The notes under the pieces: generated by a model
The model's database searches: none
Told to the model about the DNA's origin: nothing
What the model saw: the letters and a program-made list of their open reading frames with translations, nothing else
Assembly (NCBI GenBank): GCA_029856525.1
Contig: JAHQXC010000011.1
Span: 1-24,439 of the forward strand
Source of the DNA: Candidatus Odinarchaeia archaeon
GTDB taxonomy: Archaea > Asgardarchaeota > Odinarchaeia > Odinarchaeales > Odinarchaeaceae
DNA: 24,439 nucleotides
Direction of reading: 5' to 3'
Made by a program: the position numbers and the translations under genes
Shown here: positions 1 through 9,729 of the stretch, piece by piece
Numbering within the stretch: position 1 is the stretch's first letter
How the letters are laid out: the number at the start of each line of letters is the position of its first letter

Positions 1-254
1 GTGTAGATGAGTATCCAAACAGCAAGCCAGAGAAGAAAGTATTGCAATAATCCATTAGTGAAAAGTTTGCGTTTACCTCCAACATTTTCAGGTTTAATCT
101 TAAACAAATAGACGCAGATAGGATAGGTTGCAAACATCATACCTAACCCGATTCCTACACCAAGCCATCCAACGATTCTTAGAACACCTAGTATTAAGCC
201 TACAATCAATCCTAAAAATACTTTTATCCAGAAAACTTTATTTAAATCCTCCAT
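1..254 (-). CDS. Small three-TM membrane protein, EMC6/Rab5ip-like (3' end runs off window)
   Basis: Hand translation from ATG at 254 (alternative GTG at 263) is open to base 1: MEDLNKVFWIKVFLGLIVGLILGVLRIVGWLGVGIGLGMMFATYPICVYLFKIKPENVGGKRKLFTNGLLQYFLLWLAVWILIY. It has three hydrophobic segments, and the ending GLLQYFLLWLAVWILIY resembles the last TM of the EMC6/Rab5ip family as I recall it. Not in the ORF track. Confidence 0.65.
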   Translation of the reverse strand, partial: MEDLNKVFWIKVFLGLIVGLILGVLRIVGWLGVGIGLGMMFATYPICVYLFKIKPENVGGKRKLFTNGLLQYFLLWLAVWILIY

Positions 255-368
255 CTGAAACACCGTAGCCCTGTTATAAGCGGATAAGTATTAACTCTAA
301 TCAAGCTTCCTTATAATTTATATGCTTTACTTTTTAAAGATACTCCTAGAATAGTAACGGTGCGATAA
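255..368. promoter_or_regulatory. Divergent promoter region (EMC6-like gene / rqcH)
   Basis: AT-rich spacer between head-to-head genes with TATA-like boxes (TTATAATTTATA near 311-322, TTTTTAAA near 330-338). Start sites not determined. Confidence 0.4.
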
Positions 369-2378
369 ATGTTAACAGCTAAAACCTCCATGTCTAATAT
401 AGATATAAACGCTGTAACCGCGCTTCTTAAAGCGAGTTTACTAGACGCATGGCTTAATAATATCTATCAAATTGATAAAATATTTCTTTTAAAATTCCAC
501 TCTGTAAAAGGTGAGAATCTTACACTTCTAGTAGAACCTGGCAGACGCGTGCATTTAACAAGCTTTAAGCGTAGCATCCCGAAAACGCCTTCCAGCTTCG
601 TGATGTCTCTGAGGAATAAGATAAAAAACGCTAAATTAATTGAAATCAACCAGCATGATTTAGATCGAATATTATACATGGTTTTCGAGAAGAAAAATGA
701 GAAATACACGTTAATAATCGAATTATTCGGGGAAGGAAATATTCTTCTATTAAACGAGTTAAACGAGATTTTATACGCTTTAAAATATGTTAAAATGAAG
801 GATAGATCAGTTTTACCTAAACAAGTATATAGTTATCCGCCGCCTAGAGGCAGAGACCCTTTTACAATAAGTTTAGAGGAGCTTGAAGAAATAGTTAAAC
901 AGTCTTCGAAAGATATCATCCACACTTTAGTAGCGAATCTCAATATAGCTTCAGAATACGCGGAGGAGGTTCTTTTAAACTCTAACATAGAGTTCACCAC
1001 ACCTGCTAGAGAGGTGGGAAAAGATCAATTAAAAATTTTAATCGGGAACCTGAAAAATCTCCTATCTAAAATTGAATCAACTCAGCTGTCTCCATGCATA
1101 TTCTCAGATAACCAGGGGAGGAGAATAAGCGTAACCCCCTTCAATTTAATAAAATACTCTCATCTTAATAGAGAAGAATACACTGATTTCAATGAAGCCT
1201 TAGACGTGTTTTTCACAGAATACGAGTCCCAGCTCATAACACTTCAGGCCGATGAAAAACTCAAGTCTAAGATAGAATCACTTGAGAGGATTAGAAGAGA
1301 ACAGGAGAACGCGGTTAAACTCCTCCAGGAACAGGTTAAATTACATAAAACAATAGGCGACTTGATATATGCGAATTATACAATTATAGATGAACTTTTA
1401 AAAGCTGTTAAACAGGCTAGGGAGAAGAAAATAGACTGGAGTGAAATAATTAATAAATTGAATAAAGCTAAAGAGATGAAAATACCGTCCGCGCTAATAT
1501 TTAAAGAATTGAAGCAGGATAAAGCTGAATTAACCGTAGAGGTTGACGGCGTAGTTTTCAGCTTAGATTTTAGAAAAACCCTAGCGGAAAACGCTGACCA
1601 CTACTATAATCTCGCTAAAAAAGAGGAGGCTAAACTTAAAGGGGCTCTATCAGCTTTAGAAGAAACAAATTCTAAATTAAACATGTTAACACTAAAATCA
1701 GATGAGTTTAAACCTCAACCTGTGAAAAAAACTAGAAGAAAAGAATGGTATGAGCGGTTCAGATGGTTTATCACATCAGATAACCTTCTAGTAGTGGGTG
1801 GAAAAGATGCTAAATCGAATGAATCTCTTATAAAAAAGTTTACAGATAAAACTGATATTGTTTTCCACGCTGATATTCACGGCGCCCCTATAGTTGTTCT
1901 TAAAACAGGGGGGCAAACACCCCCCGAGTCTTCGCTAAGAGAAGCCGCTCAATTCGCAGCCTCATACTCCAGCGCTTGGAGTAAAGGGGCTGGAGGAGTG
2001 GATGTTTATTACGTTAAGCCTGATCAAATCTCTTTTTCCCCTCCAAGCGGCCAGTATCTGCCTAAAGGTTCTTTCATAATCAACGGACCTAGAACATATA
2101 TTCGAAACCAGCCCCTCGATCTCATGTTCGGTGTCATCTTAAAAGACGGTTATCCTATACCGGTATGCGGCCCGCCGACCGCTATTACAAGGCTGACTAA
2201 AATAACTGTACCTATAAAGATAGGTGATTTATCTAGCGGTAGGCTAGCTAAAAAATTAAAAGAGCATCTTAAAAAAACAGTGAAGAAAGAGGAACAGTTA
2301 ATAATCGAAGATCTTTCCCTAGATGAAATACAGAGTGTTCTCCCCCCGGGTGGAAGCGAGATAGCCTATAATTTTTAG
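369..2378 (+). CDS. rqcH: Ribosome quality control NFACT protein (Rqc2/RqcH family)
   Basis: 669 aa. N-terminal SMSNIDI, NFACT-N with QHDLDR (D99/R100), central coiled coil, and NFACT-R with KEWYERFRWF, GGKDAKSNE, FHADIHGAP and YLPKGSFII. Confidence 0.93.
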   Translation: MLTAKTSMSNIDINAVTALLKASLLDAWLNNIYQIDKIFLLKFHSVKGENLTLLVEPGRRVHLTSFKRSIPKTPSSFVMSLRNKIKNAKLIEINQHDLDRILYMVFEKKNEKYTLIIELFGEGNILLLNELNEILYALKYVKMKDRSVLPKQVYSYPPPRGRDPFTISLEELEEIVKQSSKDIIHTLVANLNIASEYAEEVLLNSNIEFTTPAREVGKDQLKILIGNLKNLLSKIESTQLSPCIFSDNQGRRISVTPFNLIKYSHLNREEYTDFNEALDVFFTEYESQLITLQADEKLKSKIESLERIRREQENAVKLLQEQVKLHKTIGDLIYANYTIIDELLKAVKQAREKKIDWSEIINKLNKAKEMKIPSALIFKELKQDKAELTVEVDGVVFSLDFRKTLAENADHYYNLAKKEEAKLKGALSALEETNSKLNMLTLKSDEFKPQPVKKTRRKEWYERFRWFITSDNLLVVGGKDAKSNESLIKKFTDKTDIVFHADIHGAPIVVLKTGGQTPPESSLREAAQFAASYSSAWSKGAGGVDVYYVKPDQISFSPPSGQYLPKGSFIINGPRTYIRNQPLDLMFGVILKDGYPIPVCGPPTAITRLTKITVPIKIGDLSSGRLAKKLKEHLKKTVKKEEQLIIEDLSLDEIQSVLPPGGSEIAYNF

Positions 2379-2458
2379 TTTTAATTATGTTAGAGAAATA
2401 TTTTAATTAAAGCTAAGGTTATAAAGATTTACCTATTATAATTTATAAGTGTTTTAGA

Positions 2459-3334
2459 GTGGTTGAAATGAAAATTAGCGAGATAATGAAGAGCCCTGTG
2501 GTTACATGCGGTGAAAACGATACTTTAGCCCGGGTTAGAAATCTTATGCTGAATAAAAATGTAAGCCGTATTATAGTAGTCGATCGAAGTGAGAAACCTA
2601 TCGGAGTTATCACTCAGAAAGATATCATTAGACTCCTGAATAAAAGCACCCCCCTCTGGAGACGGCGGAGTCTAGATAGTATAACTGTTAAAAACTATAT
2701 GTCAAAAAACCTAGTCACAGAGGTACCTGAAGCTGATGTAATGGACGCGGTTTTAAAACTTAAACAAACAGGGTTCTCCGCTCTACCTATAGTAAGCGGC
2801 AGTAAACTAGTAGGAATAATCTCCAAAACAGATATCGTGGAAGCTTTACCTAAACTAATAGATTCAGGAATCCAAGTTAAGTATTTTATGAAAACACCTG
2901 TGGTAACCGCTAAAAAAACGCATAGCATTCATCACGTCTATGATTTGATGAGAGAGCATAATATTTCGAGAGTTGTAATCGCCGAGAAAAATATTCCAGT
3001 CGGCATTATCACAGCTACGGATATTATATTTGTTAAGCCTAAATCGTTAGTAACCGGGTTAACCGATAAAGGAGAGGCTTTAAGAGAACCTGATAAAATA
3101 AAGCGTACGCTCTCAAAGAGTCTTGAAACAGTTTTCATATTAGCCGAAGAGGTTATGACCCGTGATCCGATAGTAGTATCCCAGAATCAAAGCGTGCTGA
3201 AGGCTGCTGAATACATGAGCCGTTATAAGATAAGCGGTCTGCCTGTTGTCGACGACCACTCTAAAAGACTTGTAGGAATAATAACTAAACGTGATATAAT
3301 CAATCACTTAGCCGAGGTGAGTGTTAAAAAGTGA
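2459..3334 (+). CDS. CBS domain protein (four CBS repeats)
   Basis: Repeated CBS signatures (IMKSPVVT, GVITQKDI, GIISKTDI, GIITATDI, GIITKRDI). Start is GTG 2459 or ATG 2468. Confidence 0.9.
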   Translation: MVEMKISEIMKSPVVTCGENDTLARVRNLMLNKNVSRIIVVDRSEKPIGVITQKDIIRLLNKSTPLWRRRSLDSITVKNYMSKNLVTEVPEADVMDAVLKLKQTGFSALPIVSGSKLVGIISKTDIVEALPKLIDSGIQVKYFMKTPVVTAKKTHSIHHVYDLMREHNISRVVIAEKNIPVGIITATDIIFVKPKSLVTGLTDKGEALREPDKIKRTLSKSLETVFILAEEVMTRDPIVVSQNQSVLKAAEYMSRYKISGLPVVDDHSKRLVGIITKRDIINHLAEVSVKK

Positions 3335-4122
3335 AGGCGACTGATATTATGAACCCTATTATAACAGTTGACAAAGACAGCTTCATCAGCGAAGCTATTA
3401 ACACTATGGATAAGCATAAATTAACTCATATTCTAGTGGCTGAGAAAAATAAGATTATAGGCTACTGTTCAGATATAAATCTCGCAGACCGTTTAGGTTC
3501 AAGCCGTCTGAAATCCTTCTCTACTAGAAGTATCCGCGTCTCATCTATTATGAATTCGTTTAATAAATTTGTAGACCCATCAGATCATGTGAAAGATATA
3601 GCTGATAGAATGATATGTGAAGGTGAAACACTATATATTGTTGGAAGTGAAACTGAACCTTTAGGGTTTATTACAATGCACGACTTTGCAAAATTATGCG
3701 CGGGTTTAACAGGCTCTAAAATAACCGGCTACTATTCAACTGTAGGCCCTTCTGCGAGATCAGAGGATAGGCTCGTTAATTTAAGAAATATTTTAATTAA
3801 AAATAATCTCATTCACGCTGCACCTATCCTGGAGGGCGGTAGATTAATAGGCTTGATAGATATTCGAATGATTGCGCGTAAACTAGCTGCATTCCGAGCA
3901 ACAGTCCCGGAGAAACATCAAGAGGAGAGTATAAGAAGGCTTTTAGTCTTCGATGCGATGATGCAATCTCCTCCCACTCTCAAAGTCGACTCATCTATAA
4001 GCGAGGCTGGTGAAATATTCTCCTCCAAGCTAGTTTACGGTATACCCGTTTTAGATGACGGGAAGCTGATGGGTGTCCTCCATATATCAGACCTTGTTAA
4101 ATGGGTTCAAAATAAATATTGA
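3331..4122 (+). CDS. CBS domain protein (second of tandem pair)
   Basis: CBS signatures (ATDIMNPIITV, GLIDIRMI, AMMQSPPTL, GVLHISDLV). GTGA start/stop overlap with the upstream CBS gene. Confidence 0.87.
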   Translation: MKATDIMNPIITVDKDSFISEAINTMDKHKLTHILVAEKNKIIGYCSDINLADRLGSSRLKSFSTRSIRVSSIMNSFNKFVDPSDHVKDIADRMICEGETLYIVGSETEPLGFITMHDFAKLCAGLTGSKITGYYSTVGPSARSEDRLVNLRNILIKNNLIHAAPILEGGRLIGLIDIRMIARKLAAFRATVPEKHQEESIRRLLVFDAMMQSPPTLKVDSSISEAGEIFSSKLVYGIPVLDDGKLMGVLHISDLVKWVQNKY

Positions 4123-4133
4123 ACGGGATATAA

Positions 4134-5468
4134 GTGACTTCAGACCTCCGTATCATAAACGCTAAAATCGCTACAGACCGCGGGTTAGTTTACGGAGGTT
4201 TAAATATATCCGACGGTGTGATAACAAGGATCTCTTCAAACACGCAATTAGAGAACGCAGATCATTCTATAAATGCGGAGGGGAAGCTTATCATACCAGG
4301 GGTTATAGATGTCCACGTTCATTTAAGAGATTTAGCGCAAGCTTATAAAGAAACTTTTAAGACGGGTACAGCGGCTGCCGCTGCAGGCGGTGTAACATCT
4401 ATAATAGATATGCCTAATAATACACCTCCAGCTAATAATTTAGCAACATTAAAAACTAAGATTAACACTTGCATGCAAAATGCGGTTGTAAACGTTGGAT
4501 TTTACAGTGGTTTACCTGAAGACATTAATGAAATATTTAAAATAGCTCAGATAGGGGTGTTCGGGTTTAAAATATACTTAAACAATCCTCCGCCTGCAAT
4601 CAACGTTTTAGATAGCCGGGTCTTACGTGATATAGCGGTGAGCGTATCCTCCAGTAACAGTCGGCTTTTATTTCACGCGGAAATATTAAACAACCATACT
4701 AAAATGGCCGATCAAGGAAACCTAGATGACTCAGAGATCCAAGATTTTTTAAAACTTCACGATCCCTTAGCTGAAATAAAAGCGGTTAAATATGTTTTAG
4801 ACGCGTTGAAAGAAGTAAACGTTAGAATTCACTTCTGTCATATAACCCTACCGGACTCTATTAAAATACTACGAGATAAAGGTGTTGAAGGGTTAATATC
4901 AATAGAGGTGACCCCTCATCATCTTCTTTTAGATGATGAAAGCCTTTACAGACTGAAAGGTGTCGCTAAAACCGTTCCACCTTTAAGACATAAAACTCAA
5001 GTTGAAAAACTCTGGGAGACAGCGATCACCTTTGAGAACGCGGATGTCATAGCCTCCGATCATGCGCCTCATACTTTCGCGGAGAAAACCGGTGATTTCA
5101 GTAAAACTCTCCCAGGCATCCCAGGTTTAGAGACACTCCTGCCTCTGATGTTTACGAAAGTAGTTGAAGGACAGCTACCCCTATATAAACTATTAAAACT
5201 CCTCTGCTATAATCCCGCTGAAATCATGGGTTTAAAAAAAAGAGGTAGAATCAGAGAAGGATACTCAGCTGACTTAGTTATACTAGATTATAAAAAAGAA
5301 TACAAGATAGATCCAAGCCGCTTCCTCAGCCAGGCTAAATACTCTCCTTTCGAAGGTTTTATCGTGAAATGTAAAGTTGATAAAACCATTGTTAACGGGA
5401 AAATAGTCTACGACTCTAATATAGGTGTCATAGAGGAGAAAAACGCTGTGATACTAAAACCGAGTTAA
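4134..5468 (+). CDS. pyrC: Dihydroorotase (amidohydrolase superfamily, cyclic amidohydrolase)
   Basis: DVHVHLRD, ETFKTGTAAAAAGGVT, DMPNN, FHAE, HFCH, EVTPHH, PPLR, ASDHAPH and SKAKYSPF-like motifs. Allantoinase/hydantoinase is not strictly excluded. Confidence 0.82.
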   Translation: MTSDLRIINAKIATDRGLVYGGLNISDGVITRISSNTQLENADHSINAEGKLIIPGVIDVHVHLRDLAQAYKETFKTGTAAAAAGGVTSIIDMPNNTPPANNLATLKTKINTCMQNAVVNVGFYSGLPEDINEIFKIAQIGVFGFKIYLNNPPPAINVLDSRVLRDIAVSVSSSNSRLLFHAEILNNHTKMADQGNLDDSEIQDFLKLHDPLAEIKAVKYVLDALKEVNVRIHFCHITLPDSIKILRDKGVEGLISIEVTPHHLLLDDESLYRLKGVAKTVPPLRHKTQVEKLWETAITFENADVIASDHAPHTFAEKTGDFSKTLPGIPGLETLLPLMFTKVVEGQLPLYKLLKLLCYNPAEIMGLKKRGRIREGYSADLVILDYKKEYKIDPSRFLSQAKYSPFEGFIVKCKVDKTIVNGKIVYDSNIGVIEEKNAVILKPS

Positions 5469-5483
5469 TAATGAGTTGATGGC

Positions 5484-6353
5484 ATGATCGTGGAAGAGGA
5501 TTTTTTGAAAGCTGTTAAAAATCTAATCAGCAAAGCTTCTTTAGAACTACCTGAAGATGTTATCGCCGCGTTGAAAAAAGCCTATGAATTGGAGAAAACC
5601 CCCTCGGCGCGAGCTATTCTCAACTCTATTCTGAATAATATTCAACTAGCTAAAACTCTTCGCAGACCTATCTGTCAGGATACAGGTTTACCTTTATTTA
5701 TAGTTGAGATCGGGAGAAATTTCAATAATTGTAGAATAGATTACGAAAATATTTTAGCGAAAGCGGTTAAAGAGGCGACGAAAGAGATCCCTCTGAGACC
5801 TAACTGTGTGGATCCTTTAACTGATTTGAACACCGGTGATAACACGGGTAGAATGGCCCCTATTATATTTTACAACTTTAATGATAGTGATAGATTAACA
5901 GTCACATATTTCCCTAAAGGAGCAGGCAGCGAGAATCAAACAGGTTTATACATGTTAACCCCTTCAACTCCTATAAAGAATATCAAAAAAATCATTCTAA
6001 CACACATAGTTGAAAAAGCCGCTCTCTCCTGCCCCCCGGTTATAGTAGGGGTAGGATTAGGAGGCGGAGCGGATACAGCTCTCTATCTAGCTAAGAAAGC
6101 TTTACTGAGACCGATAGGGTCTAAAAACCAGGAGCCTCTTCTATCAAGTATGGAATCCGAGCTTTTAGATTTAATTAATAAAACAGGTATAGGACCGATG
6201 GGGTTGGGGGGGAGCACAACCGCCTTAGCAGTTCACATAGACTACGCATGCAGGCATACAGCCAGCCTTCCTGTAGCTGTTTCTATGCAATGCTGGGCGG
6301 CTAGGAGAGCTCAACTAGTTGTTAGCAGAAACGGAGATTATACAATAATATAG
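5484..6353 (+). CDS. fumA: Class I Fe-S fumarate hydratase alpha subunit (fumarate/tartrate dehydratase family)
   Basis: PICQDTG, KGAGSEN, CPPVIVGVGLGG, GIGPMGLGGSTT, HTASLPVAV and QCWAARR motifs. Substrate (fumarate vs tartrate) is not resolvable from sequence. Confidence 0.85.
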   Translation: MIVEEDFLKAVKNLISKASLELPEDVIAALKKAYELEKTPSARAILNSILNNIQLAKTLRRPICQDTGLPLFIVEIGRNFNNCRIDYENILAKAVKEATKEIPLRPNCVDPLTDLNTGDNTGRMAPIIFYNFNDSDRLTVTYFPKGAGSENQTGLYMLTPSTPIKNIKKIILTHIVEKAALSCPPVIVGVGLGGGADTALYLAKKALLRPIGSKNQEPLLSSMESELLDLINKTGIGPMGLGGSTTALAVHIDYACRHTASLPVAVSMQCWAARRAQLVVSRNGDYTII

Positions 6354-6363
6354 GTGTATTGAA

Positions 6364-6945
6364 ATGGAGTATTATTTGAATACGCCTTTAGATGAGAAAA
6401 CGATTAGAACTCTTAGAGCAGGGGACATAGTTTACTTAAACGGTGTTATTTTCACAATGAGGGATAAAGCTCACAGCAAGGCTTTAGAACTTTATAGAAA
6501 GGGTGGAACATTACCTGTCTCAATTCAGAACGGGGTGATCTATCACTGCGGGCCGGTGGTTAGAAAGATAGGGGATAAATGGGAGATTATCTCGTGTGGT
6601 CCAACGACAAGTTATCGAATGGAGGAATATGAAAGTGAGCTGATCACCGAGTATAATATTAGAATGATAATCGGTAAAGGAGGGATGGGTGAGAGAACAG
6701 TTGAAGCTCTAAGTAAAATAGGAGCTGTATACGCGTCTTTCACAGGAGGGGCTGGCGTTTTAGCTGCTCAAAAAATCGTTGAAGTCGAAAACGTTCACTG
6801 GCTTGAATTAGGGATCCCAGAGGCGCTTTGGGTTTTAAAAGTTAAAGATTTCGGTCCTCTAATTATTACAATAGACTCTCATAAAAATAATATATATAGT
6901 AGAATAAGAAGTGAAGCGTTTAGAAAGCTTAGAGATTTAACTTAA
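6364..6945 (+). CDS. fumB: Class I Fe-S fumarate hydratase beta subunit
   Basis: LRAGDIVYLNG, RDKAH, YHCGP, GPTTSYRM, IGKGGM and LGIPEALW motifs. Lies 10 bp after the alpha subunit. Confidence 0.85.
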   Translation: MEYYLNTPLDEKTIRTLRAGDIVYLNGVIFTMRDKAHSKALELYRKGGTLPVSIQNGVIYHCGPVVRKIGDKWEIISCGPTTSYRMEEYESELITEYNIRMIIGKGGMGERTVEALSKIGAVYASFTGGAGVLAAQKIVEVENVHWLELGIPEALWVLKVKDFGPLIITIDSHKNNIYSRIRSEAFRKLRDLT

Positions 6946-6985
6946 AAATATCAAGCTTAAATATTCTTATAGCAATTCTTAGATT

Positions 6986-7438
6986 ATGGAATCCAGGAAA
7001 TATGATAGACTGCTTTCAGCACTCTGGGCTAACGATATTAAAAATATTAACGATCATTTACCTAGAGCTCAGAAGTATTTCAACGAGCTGGTTAACGAGA
7101 AAAACCCTTCTGTGAAGAGTGTAAGCGGCGATAAAATAATATTTGAAGAAAAGGATTTAGAGAATTTAGGGAGAATTCTAGACGAAAACGAGAAGAAATC
7201 TCTTAAACTACCTATAATCCTAATTAGACGACTCGACTTAGGATCAGGGGTTTATTCAGTGTCAGGTAGTGGATTAGAGATAAAAGTATTAAATAAAATG
7301 CTCGCTGAAGTAGGTGAAAAATACTCTCTAGACCTTCAACATCCATATTTATATAAACCTTCAGTTTACGTTTTGAAAAGAAAATTCGGTTCATGCATAA
7401 TTTTAGGCTTCGGCGGTATACCGTCAGGTGAGCTATAG
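6986..7438 (+). CDS. DUF61 / UPF0216 family archaeal protein
   Basis: 150 aa with INDHLPR, LKLPIIL and YLYKP patterns I recall from DUF61. Confidence 0.7.
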   Translation: MESRKYDRLLSALWANDIKNINDHLPRAQKYFNELVNEKNPSVKSVSGDKIIFEEKDLENLGRILDENEKKSLKLPIILIRRLDLGSGVYSVSGSGLEIKVLNKMLAEVGEKYSLDLQHPYLYKPSVYVLKRKFGSCIILGFGGIPSGEL

Positions 7439-7558
7439 ATAATGGTTAACACAATGGTTGATTAAAATTACTAGCATATATAGTTTTAAAAATTGAAAAG
7501 TACTAATTTAAATATCGGGATTATTATTAAACGTTTAACGTGTTGAGAGAGAGGGCTT

Positions 7559-8512
7559 ATGGAGACCAGAGTGGAAGAATTAACTCAGAAAACTATCAGC
7601 TTACTCAAGGAGAAAGGTTACATTATATGCCAGCAGCTTGAGAACAAGAATTTCTGCTTCGATATAGCGGCTAGAAAAAACGAGATAACCTTCTTAATAA
7701 AAATATTAATTGACATAGATAATTTTCAAGAGGTTCAAGCGAATGATTTGAAAATACTTTCAAAAATACTGTTTACTAAACCTTTTATAATGGGGGAGCG
7801 GACAAGAGCTGGTTTAATGGAGGACGGTGTAGTATACCAACGTTTTAACATACCAGCTATAAATCTTCGAACACTCCACCATATACTGAAGAAAAACCTC
7901 TGGCCTTTAGTATACGCTAAAAGAGGAGGCTATTATGTTAAACTAAACTTCTCCGCTTTGAGAAAACTGCGGGAAACCCATCAGTTATCTCTAAAAGATA
8001 TAGCCGACCTGCTAGGTGTATCTAGAAAAGCAGTGTACGAATATGAACGCGGGTCAATGGATACCACGCTTGAAACCGCCTCTAAGCTAGAAGAAATATT
8101 CGGTGTACCATTAGCGTTACCGATCGATATTATAAATTGGGAGATAGGGGAGTTACCTGCTTTTAAAAAAGTTTTTAAAAATAAACTTCAGCTAATTGTT
8201 GAGAGAGCGCTTAGCCGTTTAGGTCTTAACACTTTTCAAATTCAAACAGCTCCCTTCGATATACTCGCCTCTTACGAAATCTTCAAGCTTTTAACTAGTT
8301 TAGCCGGGTCATTAACTAGGGAAAACGAGCAGATGATTCAAATTTTAAACAGGCTTTCAAAGCTAGTCGACTCTAATTTTATAATAGTGGTCGACGACGA
8401 GGAGTCTCCTCAACATGTTGAGGGGGCGCCTGTTATCACTAGCAGCGAGCTTAAAAAATTTAGGAAGGCTAGTGAACTTCTGAAGAGAATAGAAGAGTTA
8501 ACAGATAATTAA
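7559..8512 (+). CDS. Archaeal HTH transcriptional regulator (COG1395/PRK04140 type)
   Basis: N-terminal CFDIAARK, KILxxIDN and VVYQRFNIPA; AKRGGYYV; central Cro/C1 HTH (LRETHQLSLKDIADLLGVSRKAVYEYERG); C-terminal APFD. Confidence 0.85.
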   Translation: METRVEELTQKTISLLKEKGYIICQQLENKNFCFDIAARKNEITFLIKILIDIDNFQEVQANDLKILSKILFTKPFIMGERTRAGLMEDGVVYQRFNIPAINLRTLHHILKKNLWPLVYAKRGGYYVKLNFSALRKLRETHQLSLKDIADLLGVSRKAVYEYERGSMDTTLETASKLEEIFGVPLALPIDIINWEIGELPAFKKVFKNKLQLIVERALSRLGLNTFQIQTAPFDILASYEIFKLLTSLAGSLTRENEQMIQILNRLSKLVDSNFIIVVDDEESPQHVEGAPVITSSELKKFRKASELLKRIEELTDN

Positions 8513-8544
8513 TTATATTAATGTAAAGGGATGTTAATTATTCT

Positions 8545-9729
8545 ATGCTAGCGGAGCCTGTGGTTTTCAAAGAAGGGAGAACGTTTTTTCAAATCTATCC
8601 GCCTGAGAAAAAAGAGAAGGGATTCGTTCCAACTAATCTTAAAGTTTTTTATAATCCGCTGATGGTGAGTAACAGGGATTTAAGCATAATGGTTTGCGCT
8701 GCTCTTAGAAGAAAACTCGGCCGGGCGATTACAGTCCTTGAACCTTTAAGCGGCTGCGGTGTTAGAGGAGTGAGGTTAGGTGTTGAGTTAGAGAATTTTT
8801 TTCAAAGCATTCTGTTAAATGATATTAACCCTGCAGCCTACAAGCTTATTAAAAGTAATATTGAACTTAACGGTTTAAGAGGGATAGCGTATCCTTTCAA
8901 TGAGGAAGCTAACTTTATAATGAGCTTGTTCAGCCAAGGTGACTGGCGTCTCGACTACATCGACGTGGACCCTTTCGGTTCACCTATTCCATACGCTAGT
9001 ACAGCTATAAGAGCCGCTAGATTCGATTCCTCTATTCTAGCATTCACCGCCACGGATATGTCTGTTTTATGCGGCGTGTACCCGGCTAAAGTATTTTCAA
9101 AATATGGGGCGATTACTTCGAGAACAGATTACTCTCATGAAACAGCTTTAAGAATATTACTATACAGGTTAAGTTTAATCGCTGGAGCCTATGAGTTAAC
9201 TATTAACCCTCTTATCTCATATTATATGGATCACTATGTAAGAGTGTATTTTTCGATTGCTAAGACATCTCCTAACACGATTAACCGGATAGGATATATC
9301 AGCCACTGTGTGAAATGCTTATACAGGTCTAAAGTTGTGAGCATCGAAGATGCTGCTTTAAAATGTCCGTTATGCGGGTCTAAACTGCTTTTATCAGGTC
9401 CTATGTGGACGGATAAGATATGCAGCGAAGAATTTATTAAAAATGTTTTAAGCGATAGAAGCCTAGAGTATCTGCCAAGTTTTAAACGGTTGAAGAGTGT
9501 TCTAAACACTCTACCACTGGAAAACGATATGCCCCCCTTCTATTATGATATACATGTTTTATGCGATTTAATGCAGCTTAAAGTTCCTAAAATAGATTTT
9601 TTAATAGATAAAATTTCTGACAGCGGATTTAAAGCTATTAGAACTCATTTCTCTAATAGAGGGGTTAAGACAGACGCTCCTGTGAATGTTTTAAAACAAA
9701 TTTTATTCTCCCTCTCCTCTAAAGTTTAA
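8545..9729 (+). CDS. trm1: tRNA (guanine-26,N2,N2)-dimethyltransferase
   Basis: VFYNPLM-SNRDLS, LSGCGVRGVR, NDIN, DVDPFGSP, HETALRILL, HYVRVY, CVKC..CPLCG zinc knuckle, GPMW, RTHF and GVKTDAP. Confidence 0.95.
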   Translation: MLAEPVVFKEGRTFFQIYPPEKKEKGFVPTNLKVFYNPLMVSNRDLSIMVCAALRRKLGRAITVLEPLSGCGVRGVRLGVELENFFQSILLNDINPAAYKLIKSNIELNGLRGIAYPFNEEANFIMSLFSQGDWRLDYIDVDPFGSPIPYASTAIRAARFDSSILAFTATDMSVLCGVYPAKVFSKYGAITSRTDYSHETALRILLYRLSLIAGAYELTINPLISYYMDHYVRVYFSIAKTSPNTINRIGYISHCVKCLYRSKVVSIEDAALKCPLCGSKLLLSGPMWTDKICSEEFIKNVLSDRSLEYLPSFKRLKSVLNTLPLENDMPPFYYDIHVLCDLMQLKVPKIDFLIDKISDSGFKAIRTHFSNRGVKTDAPVNVLKQILFSLSSKV

